Positions 25,490 to 36,910 of a stretch of DNA of 64,000 nucleotides are shown here, piece by piece (the stretch's first letter is position 1; each line of letters begins with the position of its first letter). The DNA is from Camelus ferus (Eukaryota). Below the pieces are notes generated by a model. That model had not been told where the DNA came from. It saw only the letters and a list, made by a program, of their open reading frames with translations, and did not search any database. Both the position numbers and the translations under genes were made by a program. The stretch spans positions 8,372,001 to 8,436,000 of the forward strand of contig NC_045696.1 in NCBI RefSeq assembly GCF_009834535.1, written 5' to 3'.

Positions 25490-26085
25490 AGTTTTAAAGT
25501 TCCTCAAAAAGTTAGATAAAGAATTACCATATGCCCCAGCAATTTCACTCCTAAGTTTATTCCCAAAAGAACTGAAAACAGTTCCTTAAATATATGTACA
25601 TGAGTGTTCATGGCAGCACTATTCATGACTGTCAAAAGGTGGAAGCAATCCAAATGTTGTCAGTAGATGAACAGATAAACAAATTATGGTATATACATAC
25701 AATGGAATATTATTCAGCCTTAAAAAGGAATGAAATATTGATGCACATGATAATACAGAGAAATCTTGAAAACATTATGCTAAGTGAAAGAAGCCAGACA
25801 CAAAAGGTCATGTATTGTATGATTCCATTTATATGATTTATCCAGAATGGGTAAAGCTGTAGAGACAGAAAGCAAATTAGTGGTTGCTGGGGTGGTGGGG
25901 AGGGAAATAGGGAGTTAACTGCTTAGTGAATAAGGGGCGTTTGTTGGATAATGAAGATGTTTTGGATCTAGAGTAAGGTGGTTGCACAACACTGTCTGTG
26001 ACCGTACTAAATGCCACTGAATTGTGCACCTTAAATTGGCTAATTTTATGTTATGTGAACTTCACCTTAATAAAAATAAATAATT
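25490..26085 (+). mobile_element. L1 (L1MB-like) ORF2 C-terminus and 3'UTR
   Basis: ORF 25594-25836 reads KLWYIHTMEYYSALKRNEI..LENIMLSERSQTQK, the typical L1 ORF2 end. Terminates in AATAAAAATAAA. Confidence 0.92.
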
Positions 26086-26089
26086 ACAG

Positions 26090-26260
26090 CAAACACCCGC
26101 TGAGCACTTGCTACGAAGCAGGCACCACATGGAGCATTTCACATCATTCTCTCATTGAGGCTACATGCCCCCTCTATGATGGGTGATAAATTCCTTCCAT
26201 TTTACAGATGAAGACGCTGACTGAAGCCCAGAAAAGTTAAGCAGCTCGCTCTCCTTGTGA
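26090..26260 (-). mobile_element. MIR SINE
   Basis: GCTGAGCACTTGCTAC..TCCATTTTACAGATGAAGACGCTGA. Confidence 0.7.
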
Positions 26261-26959
26261 CAAGCTTTCCAGAACCTTGAATTCCCAGAGATAAATATGG
26301 TGACTTGAAGAAACTTGGTTGGAGGTAGAGTTAGTTTCCAGTTGCTTCCACTTGGAAAGCACACCTCTCTGCTCTGAATTCGGACACTGGGTGGTCATGA
26401 TTTGGAGGCTGTGGTTCTGTGTTTAAACGGAATGTTTGCAGTTCTGGGTGGATGCAGAGGTGTGCTTTAGAATTCCCTGGGGATGATGAAATTTAAAAGG
26501 CTAGCAAGACTTCCTGCTAGGAATTCACGATTAGGGGAGAGCAGGCAGGGTGGTGTTAGGATGGGTACACAGGATCTTTCAAAGTGGCCCTTGGTTCTAA
26601 ATTCAGACTTGACTGATCTGTCATCTGGTTTCCTTGTAAATTTTTCATTTGTAAAATTTTAGCACATAATCTCATTGAATCCATGACTAGAAATTTAAGT
26701 ATCTTCTAATATGCAGGCTGTGAAATATCTGGGTTGACTAGACTTCTCATGTTCTGTTTTTCCCCTGTGGTTTAGTAAACATGATTTTATGGAGACTTTT
26801 CTATTAGGGTGGACTTGCCTACCATACTGGGTACTTTCTCTTTCTCCATTCATTTGCTCCCTCCCGCTCTCCCTCCCACACTCACTCACTCACTTGCTCA
26901 CCCACTATTGCTCACCCACTAGCTCGCACATTTCTTAGTTCACTCACTCACTCCTTGAT

Positions 26960-28990
26960 TGATGGAGTCATTTAATCTATATAAACAATACATGAAAAGT
27001 TGCTTGTAAAAATGAAAACAATGTACAAATACATCAAGCTAAAAGTGAAAGTCCTCTTGTGCTGTGGCTTCTGGCTCCCTCTTCATCTTACTCCCAGCCC
27101 CATCAGTACCACCCACTGTTCACAGTTCATGGTTTGGTGTGCAAGCTTCAAGACTTCTTCTGACATTTATTTTATATAGAGTTGGCTATTGTAAGGGTTT
27201 CCCCATGTTGTATATTGTAATCTTAATGGATTCCTGTTCTGGAAAGTCTTTTTAAAACAACATCTATCTTGTTTTTTGATTTTTAAAGGTATTTTCTTTT
27301 TATAAATAATGCAATTAAAGGTTTCTAAAAAAACTTTTTTTAATAGAGACACTGGGGATTGAACCCAGGACCTCGTGCATGCTAAGCTCGCCCTCTACCA
27401 CTGAGCTCTACTCACACCCACCCACCCTCAAAGGTATTTTCAAACCATTTTATTGTAACAGAACTTTGCTAGTTGCTCTAGAAACTCCCTCACTCCTACC
27501 GAAAGGAATCAGTTTTATGGATTTCATGATAATAAGCTTGTTGCGTCTCTATGGTTTCATCCAAAGTGTGCAGCCCTAAATATTAGAGTTTTGCCCATTA
27601 AAGAAAGATTTTATATATAACCTTGAAGAGCTTGGGCCATCTGACCTGCAGATTTTGCTGATGGCACACTCATGGTGCAGTCGAACGTGCTCCTCTGTTC
27701 TTGGTCCTCCTATAAGTTGGAGGCTGGATCCAGGGGTCTCACCAGGTTCAGGCCCAGCCCCTGGGCTAGCAGACTGAGGTGGTACCGTGTTCATCCATCA
27801 CACACATGCTCATTTCTCCCTTGGCTTTGATGCGATACACATTGCCTAGATCTGTTCATTCACTGGGGGCTCCAGAAGGGTGATGTTCTAATTCCATTGT
27901 TTTGTTTTCATTTATTAGCCAAGATAATTTATAAGGAGATACTGTCTTTCATCTACTATTTGTTTACCTAGTGGTGTAGTTCGTATACAAAGGTAAGATA
28001 AATGTTTGTCACTTTCCTTTTACTTCCTTAGTTTTCAAGATAATGTATTGGTTCCTTGGTCATCCTTGAAATTTGACCAGTTAGGTTTTTAAAACATGTC
28101 ACTATGAGCTTAGGGATTTAAATATATTTGATGCTTTTCAGTCTCTTGCTTTTCTCATCCTTATGGGAGTTCACACTGTCCCATCTTTGATGCAGAGAAG
28201 CTCTTCAAGTTAGGCCTCTATGACCAGTTGCTCTTGTGTCTTTTTAATGTGAGTCTAGAGCTGGGTTGATCACGGTTTCCAGGCTTTTCCAGTGGATACA
28301 GCAAGGAAAACACACAAACATCTACATCTGTTTATCTGCCTATCTATTATCTAAGATAAAATGCCTTGTGAATTCACACTGATTTCTAATTCAAGTTCAA
28401 GACTACAGGGTTTTTACTTTACCTCCTCAGTTTTGCATCTGTATCTCCTTTATTTCACACCAAAACCCCGAGATCTCAAGCACGCAGAATGAGAGCGCTA
28501 GACTTAGACCATCCGTAATTACTCACTTGCTTTATATCCCATAATGTACACACGCGGCAGTCTCAGAAGAACAGCGTAATACTGTTACCACCAATTACAA
28601 TACCTGGAAACAGTTAACTTTATTTTGTCACACATGCTACCTTCATTCTCCCTCTCTTTTTTATAGCTTTACTGTATCCTTGTAGTCAGATCTACGTCTG
28701 CATAGTCATATATACTATAGGGTCTCCCTTTTAACCTTCCTTAAGTTTTAGTTCCTCAAGTAACCGCGTGTTACAAAGCTCACCACCTGCCCTTCTGTGC
28801 ACGCTTCTCTGGCCGTTCAGGTTGTCTAAAGCGCGTGCCCTAGCGAGTCCTCGGGCAGAGCTCGAGGGAACGATGGTTTCTGAGACTCTGCTGATGGTGA
28901 CGGTTTCTCTGCTCTTTACACGTGAAGATGGCTGGTACTGCTGAGCAGACGAGCAAGCCCTGTGTGTGGCCGTCCTGGGTTTCCTTTTCC
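26960..28990 (-). mobile_element. Old L1 (L1MC/ME-like) 3' region fragments, antisense
   Basis: Resembles L1MC4-type 3'UTR (TTTTGCTGATGGCACACTCATGGTGCAG..TCCTCTGT..GGATCCAGGGG). Interrupted by the SINE at 27297. Confidence 0.6.
27297..27429 (-). mobile_element. tRNA-Ala-derived SINE (Vic-1-like) with 12-bp TSD
   Basis: Reverse-complement head CTGGGGATTGAACCCAGGACCTCGTGCATGCTAAGC..CTCTACCACTGAGCT. Flanked by AAAGGTATTTTC at 27285-27296 and 27430-27441. Confidence 0.9.
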
Positions 28991-28999
28991 TCTCGAGGG

Positions 29000-29300
29000 C
29001 ACTATTGGGACAATTGACAAAGTCTGAGTAAAGTCTGCGTAAGAGGTGCTGAAAAATGGTATCGTTAATTTTCTTACTTTGATAATTACATTGTGGTTCT
29101 TGGGTTTAGGAGACACAAACTTCAGCACTTAGGGATAGGAGTGGCTTCATGTCTGTGACTTATGTATGTATTCACACACACGATAAATGGTAATATTTGG
29201 AGAAGCTAGGTGAAAGGTATATGGAAATTCTAAATTCATTATATAATTCTTCATCTTTCCCAGAAGTCTGAAATTATGTTGAAATAAAAAGTTAAAAAAG
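29000..29300 (+). mobile_element. Old L1 3' end, sense
   Basis: TTGGGACAATTGACAAAGTCTGA..AAGTCTGAAATTATGTTGAAATAAAAAGTTAAAAA, typical of an L1MC/ME terminus. Confidence 0.7.
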
Positions 29301-30207
29301 TATAAGCATGCATTTCTCAAAACACATGTAAATAGGTATATATGCCTATTTATGCTAGCATCCATAACTTTATCATACAGTTTTATTGTATATTTTGAGT
29401 TATATAGTTTTTCAAAGATCAGTAGTAGAAACTTCTTATGATGTTTAAGAATTTATACTTGGCCCAAAAAATACAGGGTATTGATGATGGATCTAGAAAT
29501 ACGCAGGGAAGAAAGGCATAAATATCTTTCTTGTGAAGAAAAAAGAATCCATTGACAATGCACAGATACAGAGATCCAATCTTGACTCATTTTGCATAAA
29601 TGGTAATTTCTGCCATATTTTCTTAATCCTTAACTGAGATCTTTTTCCCATCTTCTGCCACTTTTCCTCTTTAAACCAAATAAAAGTGAAGAGACTTTTA
29701 TTATTACTTTGCATTGAGTGTCCCAAGAAGGTTTAGATTGGTGGTTTCAAAGTAAACAGACGAGGGGCAGATGCAGTGGAATCGCGTAACTACGTGGGTG
29801 TTAGGGTGTATCGGCTTTCTTAGGAAGTTCATAAAAAAAAACAAGTTTCTCCCTTCTGTACTCTGTCCTCAGGGACTAATGTTCTAAAAAGAGAGAACAA
29901 TTTCCCAGTAACATTAACTCTGTGAAGATCTTATGAATTCTAGAGACATTACACATCTGTGCTAATTTTTTGAGGCTTATGGAGACAGACCACTGTGTAC
30001 GTAGTGGGCGGGCCTCCCTGGTGGGTTGTGTTCTTGTTCTGAGAGGTCGTGGGCACGGGGGGATGTAAACGCCCTCATGCTTGGATCCCTTGGTTCCTTT
30101 GTCCAAAATATTTTCATCTTTCCACTAGATTGCAGGTTCTTGAAGGGTGAAAGCACCAGATATGACACAAATCTCTGACATCCACAACTCACAAATGGGC
30201 TGTCTTT

Positions 30208-30430
30208 TTTTTTGTTGTTGTTCTTTTTTTTTTTTTATTGAAGTGTAGTCTATTTTCAATGTTAGTTAGTGTACAGCAAAGCGATTCAGTTATACATATA
30301 CATACATATATATATTTCAGATTCTTTTCCATTACAGCTCATTACAAGAAATTGAATATAGTTCCCTGTGCTATACAGTAGGTCCTTGTTGTTTATCTGT
30401 TTTATATACAGTAGTGTGTATCTGTTAATC
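30208..30430 (-). mobile_element. 5'-truncated L1 3' end with degenerate TSD
   Basis: Poly-T then ATTGAAGTGTAGTC..GAATATAGTTCCCTGTGCTATACAGTAGG. TSD AAATGGGCTGTCTTT (30193-30207) / AAGTGGACTGTCTTT (30431-30445). Confidence 0.88.
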
Positions 30431-32089
30431 AAGTGGACTGTCTTTGAATATTGTTTCTAAGTCAATGGCTTAAAATTCAAAATTGCATTTTCTGTGGGCA
30501 CATAAGAGTTGGTTCCCAGGCCAGCTGACTGAGATTTGCCAAGCCCACCATGTTAATTTCCATAGTCCTGAAGCAACACTGCAGGCCCTAATCACCACAT
30601 GTGCCTGTGTTCTAGAGAAATGGTTTCCCAGTCAGGCCATGGAAGGCAATTTCCTAAAGGCCTTGCTGGCTGCATACCTAACACTATCCCTGCATTAATC
30701 TTCCTGGAGTGTAGCTCTTTCTTACTCCTTTGTTCAAGGGCGTGCACGCTCCTTATTGACCACCAAACATATGCCGTCTCTTCAGGAAGTATTGGCCTTC
30801 AACCACAGGCTCCTTCTTTCCTGTCCCACTGTGTGTTAGTTCCCCACCTGGACACATGCCATCTAAAGCTTTGCCTCAACATGCTCTATCCTGCCTCAGT
30901 TTCCCACCTTGCTCATGCTATTCTTGGCACCCCAAATCAATTCCCATTAGTGTCTTCCTAAGAGACACCTCTTCTTTGCTAACTCATCTCCTGTGCCACC
31001 TCCTTTCCTGATTGCTCCCAACTCAGCTCACCTTTCTCTTCTGTCCACATTGTCATCCCGCGATCATCTTACCTGTCTTATGATGTATAACATCATTTTT
31101 ATGGGACTGTTATGAACCCCTGTGCATCCCTGGAGGGTGGGGATCCTCTGTGGATAATGCAATGCCTAGGCCTGTGCTTGGGATATGGTGGCTGCACAAC
31201 AAATTCTCTGGGTGTTGACCTGCCTCCCTGCCCCTACTCCTCTGTCCATATACTGAGAGGGGATGGCTGCATGTGCAGGTGCCAGTCAGAGGCCAGACAG
31301 GGGAGCTGTCTGTGTTGCTCTCCAAACATTAATGTCCACAGACAACTCTAAGTGCTGTCTACCTTTGGCTGAGTCAGATGTAATAAAACAAAATCAACTA
31401 TTACGAGTAATGCTTTTTAACTTTTGTTGCAAGACTCTCAAAAGATGCTTGCTATCCCTGACTGGTGTCAGATACAATAAATATAATTAATCTCTGGAAA
31501 CACATAGATGGAATTACTTAAATCATGGCTTAATTTGTTTCCAACCTTCCAAAGCTCCCGGACATTGAGCAGACCACGTGGCTTTTTGCTGCAGGTGGCA
31601 CCTTGAGTTCTTCTTCGGGTTTGGCTGGAGGGACAGTCTTTCTGGGCATTTTAAACTTGAAAGTGGAAAACATTGGGCTCTCCATATCCATCTTTTAGGG
31701 ACTCACTTAATCAGTTTATTTGCTCCAGAGAGGTCACCTCTCCTTTCAACTCTGACTTTGTTTTCGCATCTAATAAAGTCAAGTGTGGACTTGGCACACG
31801 CTTCCCTCAGGACCAGTTCAGTGAGACCACAATCCTGGAACTGAATGGTGCTGAGTTCTTTCCTCCAACGTAGTATCACCAAAGAACTCCTTGCCATGGG
31901 TCATTACGGCTTTGGAGCTACTGCAATGTAAAAATTGTTGACTTTTTGAGTTAGAGGCATCCTTAGTGTTCACTCAGTTCAACAGCTCCATTTGGCAAAG
32001 AAGCCAAGGCTTGGTGAATGGCCATGGTTTGCTGGGAGCCACATCATGTCTGAGAGTCAGCAGAGAGATTTGGTCAACAAGACCATGCA

Positions 32090-33630
32090 TTTCTTGCATC
32101 CATTTAACCAGTATTTATGGAGGGCTCACTAAAGGCCGGGCCCCTTCTAGATGTTAGGAATACAATGATGAACAAGACACATACAATGCCTGCCCTGGAG
32201 AATCTTCCAGTTTACTGGGGCTGTCAGAAATTAAATAGAATAGCTCAGGGGAGGAGAGTGTTGTTCAGTGGTAGATCACATGCTTAGCATGCACGAGTTC
32301 CTGGGTTCAATCCCTAGTACCTGCATCAAAACAAACAAACAAACAAACAAAAAACAACAAAAAAGCAAAACCTAGTTATCCCCCCCCCCAATAAATAGAA
32401 TAGTTCAATGAATTTTGATGAGTATTGTAGAGGGAAAGTGTTGGGTGACTGAAACCTCTAACTGAAGGGGCAAGATTTGGCTGGAGGAAGCTGAGCTTAT
32501 TCTAAGTAACAGGAATAGCATGTGCAAAGGCCCAGGGTTCAGTGAGAGCTTTCTCTCTGGTTACTCTCACCTCCCTAGTTACTCTAGACACCTTCTTGGC
32601 CACCTGCTCCTCTCTCAAGCCCCATCTCTCCAGCCCCATCTCTCCTGCCTGCACGCTGACCTACACCTCAGCATTCTTTTCCAATTCTTTGCCCAAGCTT
32701 TTCTTTATGTTCCTGCCTTTGTGCATTCTGTTGCTCTACTGGAATTGTGGATTGCTTCCAGCCACACTCATGTTTTAGGATTCAGCTTTCAACTTGACCC
32801 TCCTGGACTGTTTTGGCTAATTATCCTATAATATATCATAGCACCACATGTACACTTCCCCTGGACTTTACAGATTTTAATGAGCTTGTGTATTGGCTTG
32901 TCTGTGTTCCTTACTGGCCTGTGAGCTTTCTAGCGGGGGTCAGCAGTATGTCTTATTTGTCCTCATTATGCCTTACACGAGGCCTTGAAACTACAGTTAC
33001 TCCCGATACACGTTTGTTGTATCAACAGGTGAAGAAATATAGGCTTCTTGACTCCAGGTCAGTTCTCCTCTCTGCCTCCTTCTTTTCCATTCCCTTGTGT
33101 ATTTCATTCCCTTGTCCATCCATTTTCTCTTCCTTCTATTCATCCAACAGATATTTTTGAGAATCTGGTATGAGTTTGGCCTTGAGCTGCTGGTGCTCCA
33201 GCAGGAGAGTTGGATGGGCAGTTAGAAGGTAGTTTAGCAGGGTACTTGATGTTACAGGAGTTGAACCAAAGGGGTCTGGAGCACCAAGGGTGGATCCATA
33301 TGTCTGTCTGGGATAATCTGGAAAGACTTTACCAAGGAAGTGCCGTGAGCTGGGTCTTGAGAAATTAGAGAGATTTGTCTGGAGAGGAAACGGATTAGGA
33401 ACGGCACTGAGTTGGAGGCTTCAGCACAGGCAGAGAAAGTCCCTGAGTGGTAGAAATTAAGAAATTCAGTGTTCATGGAATGAAAAGTGTGCACCTGTGT
33501 GGGGTATGAGGAGTCAGGATAAGGAAGGGTGGGCAGTAAGAAGAGAGCGGAGTGAAGGCCTCATGGGAAAACACTCTTGCTTGCCTCCATAAACAATGTG
33601 TTTTCTTGGGTAAGCACTGGGAACCCTACC
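32090..33630. mobile_element. Cluster of L2 fragments (minus ~32090-32545, plus ~32570-33020, minus ~33130-33630)
   Basis: GGAATAGCATGTGCAAAGGCCCAGGG; CTGTGAGCTTTCTAGCGGG; ATTCATCCAACAGATATTTTTGAG..GGAAAGACTTTACCAAGGAAGTG. Confidence 0.7.
32248..32391 (+). mobile_element. tRNA-Ala-derived SINE (Vic-1-like) with 16-bp TSD, nested in L2
   Basis: Same head and tail as the other copies. TSD TAAATAGAATAGCTCA (32232-32247) / TAAATAGAATAGTTCA (32392-32407), 1 mismatch. Confidence 0.92.
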
Positions 33631-33634
33631 GAGG

Positions 33635-33935
33635 TTTTTTTGTTTTTAATTGAAATACAGTTAGTTTACAATGCTGTGTCAATTTCTGGTGTCCAGGATA
33701 CAGTCATACATATATATACACGTATATTCCTGTTCATATTTTTTTCATCATAAGTTACTACAAGATATTGAATATAGTTCCCTGTGCTATATGGTAGAAA
33801 CTTGCTGTTTATCTATTTTATATACAGAGTAGTTAGTATCTGCAAATCTCGAACTCCTGATTTATCCCTTCCTACCCTCTTTCCTCCCTGGTAACCATAA
33901 ATTTGTTTTCTATGTCTGTGAGTTTGTTTCTGTTT
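33635..33935 (-). mobile_element. 5'-truncated L1 3' end
   Basis: TTTTTAATTGAAATACAGTTAGTTTACAATG..GAATATAGTTCCCTGTGCTAT..GGTAACCATAAATTTGTTTTCTATGTCTGTGAG; same family as the 10077 and 30208 copies. Confidence 0.88.
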
Positions 33936-34086
33936 TTTAAAAATATTTTGTTTTCCTTTTTTGAGGGGGAACATAACTAGGTTTATTTATTTATTTGTTT
34001 GCTTAATGGCAGTACTGAGGATCGAACCCAGGACCTCTTGCATGCTAAGCATGCACTCTACCAGTTGAACTATGCCACCTCCCCAC
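33936..34086 (-). mobile_element. tRNA-Ala-derived SINE (Vic-1-like)
   Basis: Reverse-complement head GTACTGAGGATCGAACCCAGGACCTCTTGCATGCTAAGCATGCACTCTACCA, preceded by TAGGTTTATTTATTTATTT. Confidence 0.88.
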
Positions 34087-34114
34087 CCTGTTTGGTTTTT
34101 TTTTATTTAATGTT

Positions 34115-34218
34115 TCTTTTTTTTTTTTTTAACATTTTTTATTGATTTATAATCATTTTACAATGTTGTGTCAAATTCCAGTGTAGAGCACAATTTTTCA
34201 GTTACGCATGAACATATT
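34115..34218 (-). mobile_element. Very short 3'-end insertion of a younger L1
   Basis: Poly-T followed by AACATTTTTTATTGATTTATAATCATTTTACAATGTTGTGTCAAATTCCAGTGTAGAGCACAATTTTTCAG; paralog at ~3670-3760. Confidence 0.78.
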
Positions 34219-35034
34219 TTTTAAGCAGGGGAAATCTCTGTTTTGTAGGAAGCTGATGGTACCTCCCTGGGCCCATCGTAACAGCAATCCTGGAGAGAGC
34301 AAGGCAGACCCTCAAGCGGGTTTTCAGTGCTGGTCTTCCGTGGGCTCCCCTGTGTCTCTGTTCTCTTCTCTCTCAGCATCCCCTAGCCTGAGGACACGGG
34401 CCAGTGCTAGCACTGGGTGGAGACACCACAGGAGGAAAGAAGGAGAGGCTGGGGCAGGAGTAACTGGCTCATTTGCGAGCATTTGTCACCTTTACCGCTG
34501 GAGGAATGGCACTTTTGAAGTGATGGTGATTGCCAGCCCTTTATGTTAGGCGCCTCATTTCCCTTAATAATCCTCATGAGCCAGAGAATTTATTGTTTGG
34601 CACTTACTTAAATATGTGCTCACTGAGTCTTCCTATTTTAGAGCTGACGAAGGGCTGGTTCTTTCTGGACCCCTCTTGTTGTTGTTACAACAACGGTAAA
34701 TCTTTGCTGACTGATTTGAGGAGGCCATTGAACTTGATAGTAGCAATTACCGAACTGAATGTTTACATTAGGGCACCCACGAGCCATCCAAGTGCTTTGC
34801 CTGCATAATTAACGGGACCAGCTAAAATTCTACATCATTGTAATAATATTTACTCTGAAAACTCACAGTTGGACTAAAGTTTCTATCGTAGGCTCTCCTG
34901 ACATCAAGGAATCTTAAACTTCCTCTTTGACGGGGAGGTTCAGGAGGGCCTTGTTTTGGCAGCCAAAGCACAATTCCTCTCGTAGATGCTCATCGAATTC
35001 ATGGCTGTTAGGGACTGATGTTGAATTAGAGATC

Positions 35035-35575
35035 ATCTGTTTGGTTGTCTCTAGACTTGGCTGAACCACAGAATCTACTGGGGAGACTAGAAATTTCTGG
35101 ATTCCTGAGCTCCACCTCTGGGAGCTGATTCCGGAGGTGGGGTGGAACCAGGACATCGCTGATACATTTTCTTAAACGCCCAGGTTATTCTTCCAGTTAT
35201 GAGAACTGCTAATCTCATTTTGAGGCTACTGAGGGTCACCAGATGGACGTGGCTGGGAAGATGAAGTGGAAAGCCTCCTGGGTCTCCCTGAGTGGCAGAG
35301 ATGGATATTCAGGACTCCTGGGGAGCTCTTTGATTAATAAAATCCTTTTGTTAAAAAAAAGTCTCGATTTTGACATAAAAGGAAGCACTTTCACAGTGTT
35401 TCTCGGAGTGGATTCCCTGCCCGCCCTCATAGAAATGCTCGTGCTTGTTAAAAATGCAGATTCCTGGGATCCCCCGTAGACCTGCTGTATCAAAAGCTCT
35501 GAGGGTGGGGCCCAGGAATCTGTCATTAAGTAAACCCTACATGTGTTTCTGATGCACACTGAAGTTTGAGACATT
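35035..35575. mobile_element. Two MER5-like hAT MITEs (~35035-35210 and ~35430-35575)
   Basis: CTTGTTAAAAATGCAGATTCCTGGG..GGGTGGGGCCCAGGAATCTG..GTTTGAGACATTG, with a similar first copy. Confidence 0.75.
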
Positions 35576-35749
35576 GGCTTGTCTCTCTTTTTGTATCAAT
35601 TGACACCTCCCTGTGTGGGGTAGATGCTCAGTGCCAATTGTGGAATTCACGGGGACTGAAATGTGCAAGCCAGTGACATGTCCAGTGCTCATTCCCTGTG
35701 TCCTTGGACCGTGTTGACTGCACACTCTTGAAACGCTGCATCTGGCGAT

Positions 35750-36910
35750 TTCCGTGTCCACCCCTCCCTTTCCCTTTATCACCCTCTGCCTTGCTATGTC
35801 ATCCTCGGACTTACCTCTTTCTTAGACTCCTCTTCCTCCCCCCACACCTCCTGAGCAAGCACATGTCCTCTCTTGATTCCATTGCAACAGCCGTGATGGT
35901 TCCCAAGCGCCTTTCCCCAGCGCAGGCTCGTTCCCGGAGCTTCAGACCCACCTGCACAACAGCCTGTCGAGCCCCTGCATTTGTATATCCAATGGTTCTC
36001 TCAAATCTGCGTGGGTGAACGGAGCTCGTGATCCTTCTTGAGCACCTGTTCTGTCTTCACTGCTTACGTTGACAGTGCCATTCATCCAGTTACCACCCTA
36101 GATCCTTTCCTTTCACTTTACCTCCATCCGTGAGCAAACCCTGTGATTCAGGCTATTAAATGTACCTGAGTTAATTATATCTCAATAAAACTGGAAAAAA
36201 ATATACCTGAAAATCTACTGTCTTTTTTCTTTTTTTCATGCCGCTGACTTACCCTGGCCCTCCATCATCCCTCATCTGGGCCTCGTGATGCTCATTTCTA
36301 AGCTAATCTTCTTCCCGCCAGTCTTGTCCACCTCTATCCATCAACCACATTGTCTCAAGAGGGATCTTCTAAACATCTGACCACACCACTCCTCCTGATT
36401 AAAACCCTTCAGAAATTCTGCTTTGCCTTTGTGAGGAAGCCCAGACTCCTCAGTGTGCCACTCAAGGTCTTCTAAGCTCGGTCTGTTCCTCCACTTAGCT
36501 CCTGCCCATCACGTCCCCTCTCTTCTTTCCCTGGACTTCACATTCTAGTTATTCTGAGTTACTCTGCTCCCTGGTATCTTGGGGTCACTTTCAGAGGTAA
36601 TTCCCAATCCCTGGAATGTCTTTCTATCACTGTATACTCTCTCCCCAACTGTCCCTGCAGTGAGTCCCTAATCATCTTTCCAGATGCAGCTCTGCTCCTC
36701 TGAACCCGGGGTTGACCCTCTGGCAGGGGTGTGGCCCGCACCCTGTGCACCGTTCCACCCTGTCCACACCTCCATCATAAATCTGGGTGTAAGGATCTGT
36801 TTATACGGCCACTGATCCTCCTCGACTTGATTGACCTCTTACATCCAGTGCTCAGGATCGTGACTGCTTCTTAGTAGGTACTTCATTAGCACTTCTTGGA
36901 TGAATGAATG
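35750..36910 (+). mobile_element. L2 3' region
   Basis: Pyrimidine-rich body (ATCTGACCACACCACTCCTCCTGATTAAAACCCTTCA) ending TAGTAGGTACTTCATT..GGATGAATGAATG. Confidence 0.8.

Noticed and set aside
25594..25836. 80-aa ORF with protein-like composition
   Set aside because: It is the C-terminal remnant of L1 ORF2, not a host gene.
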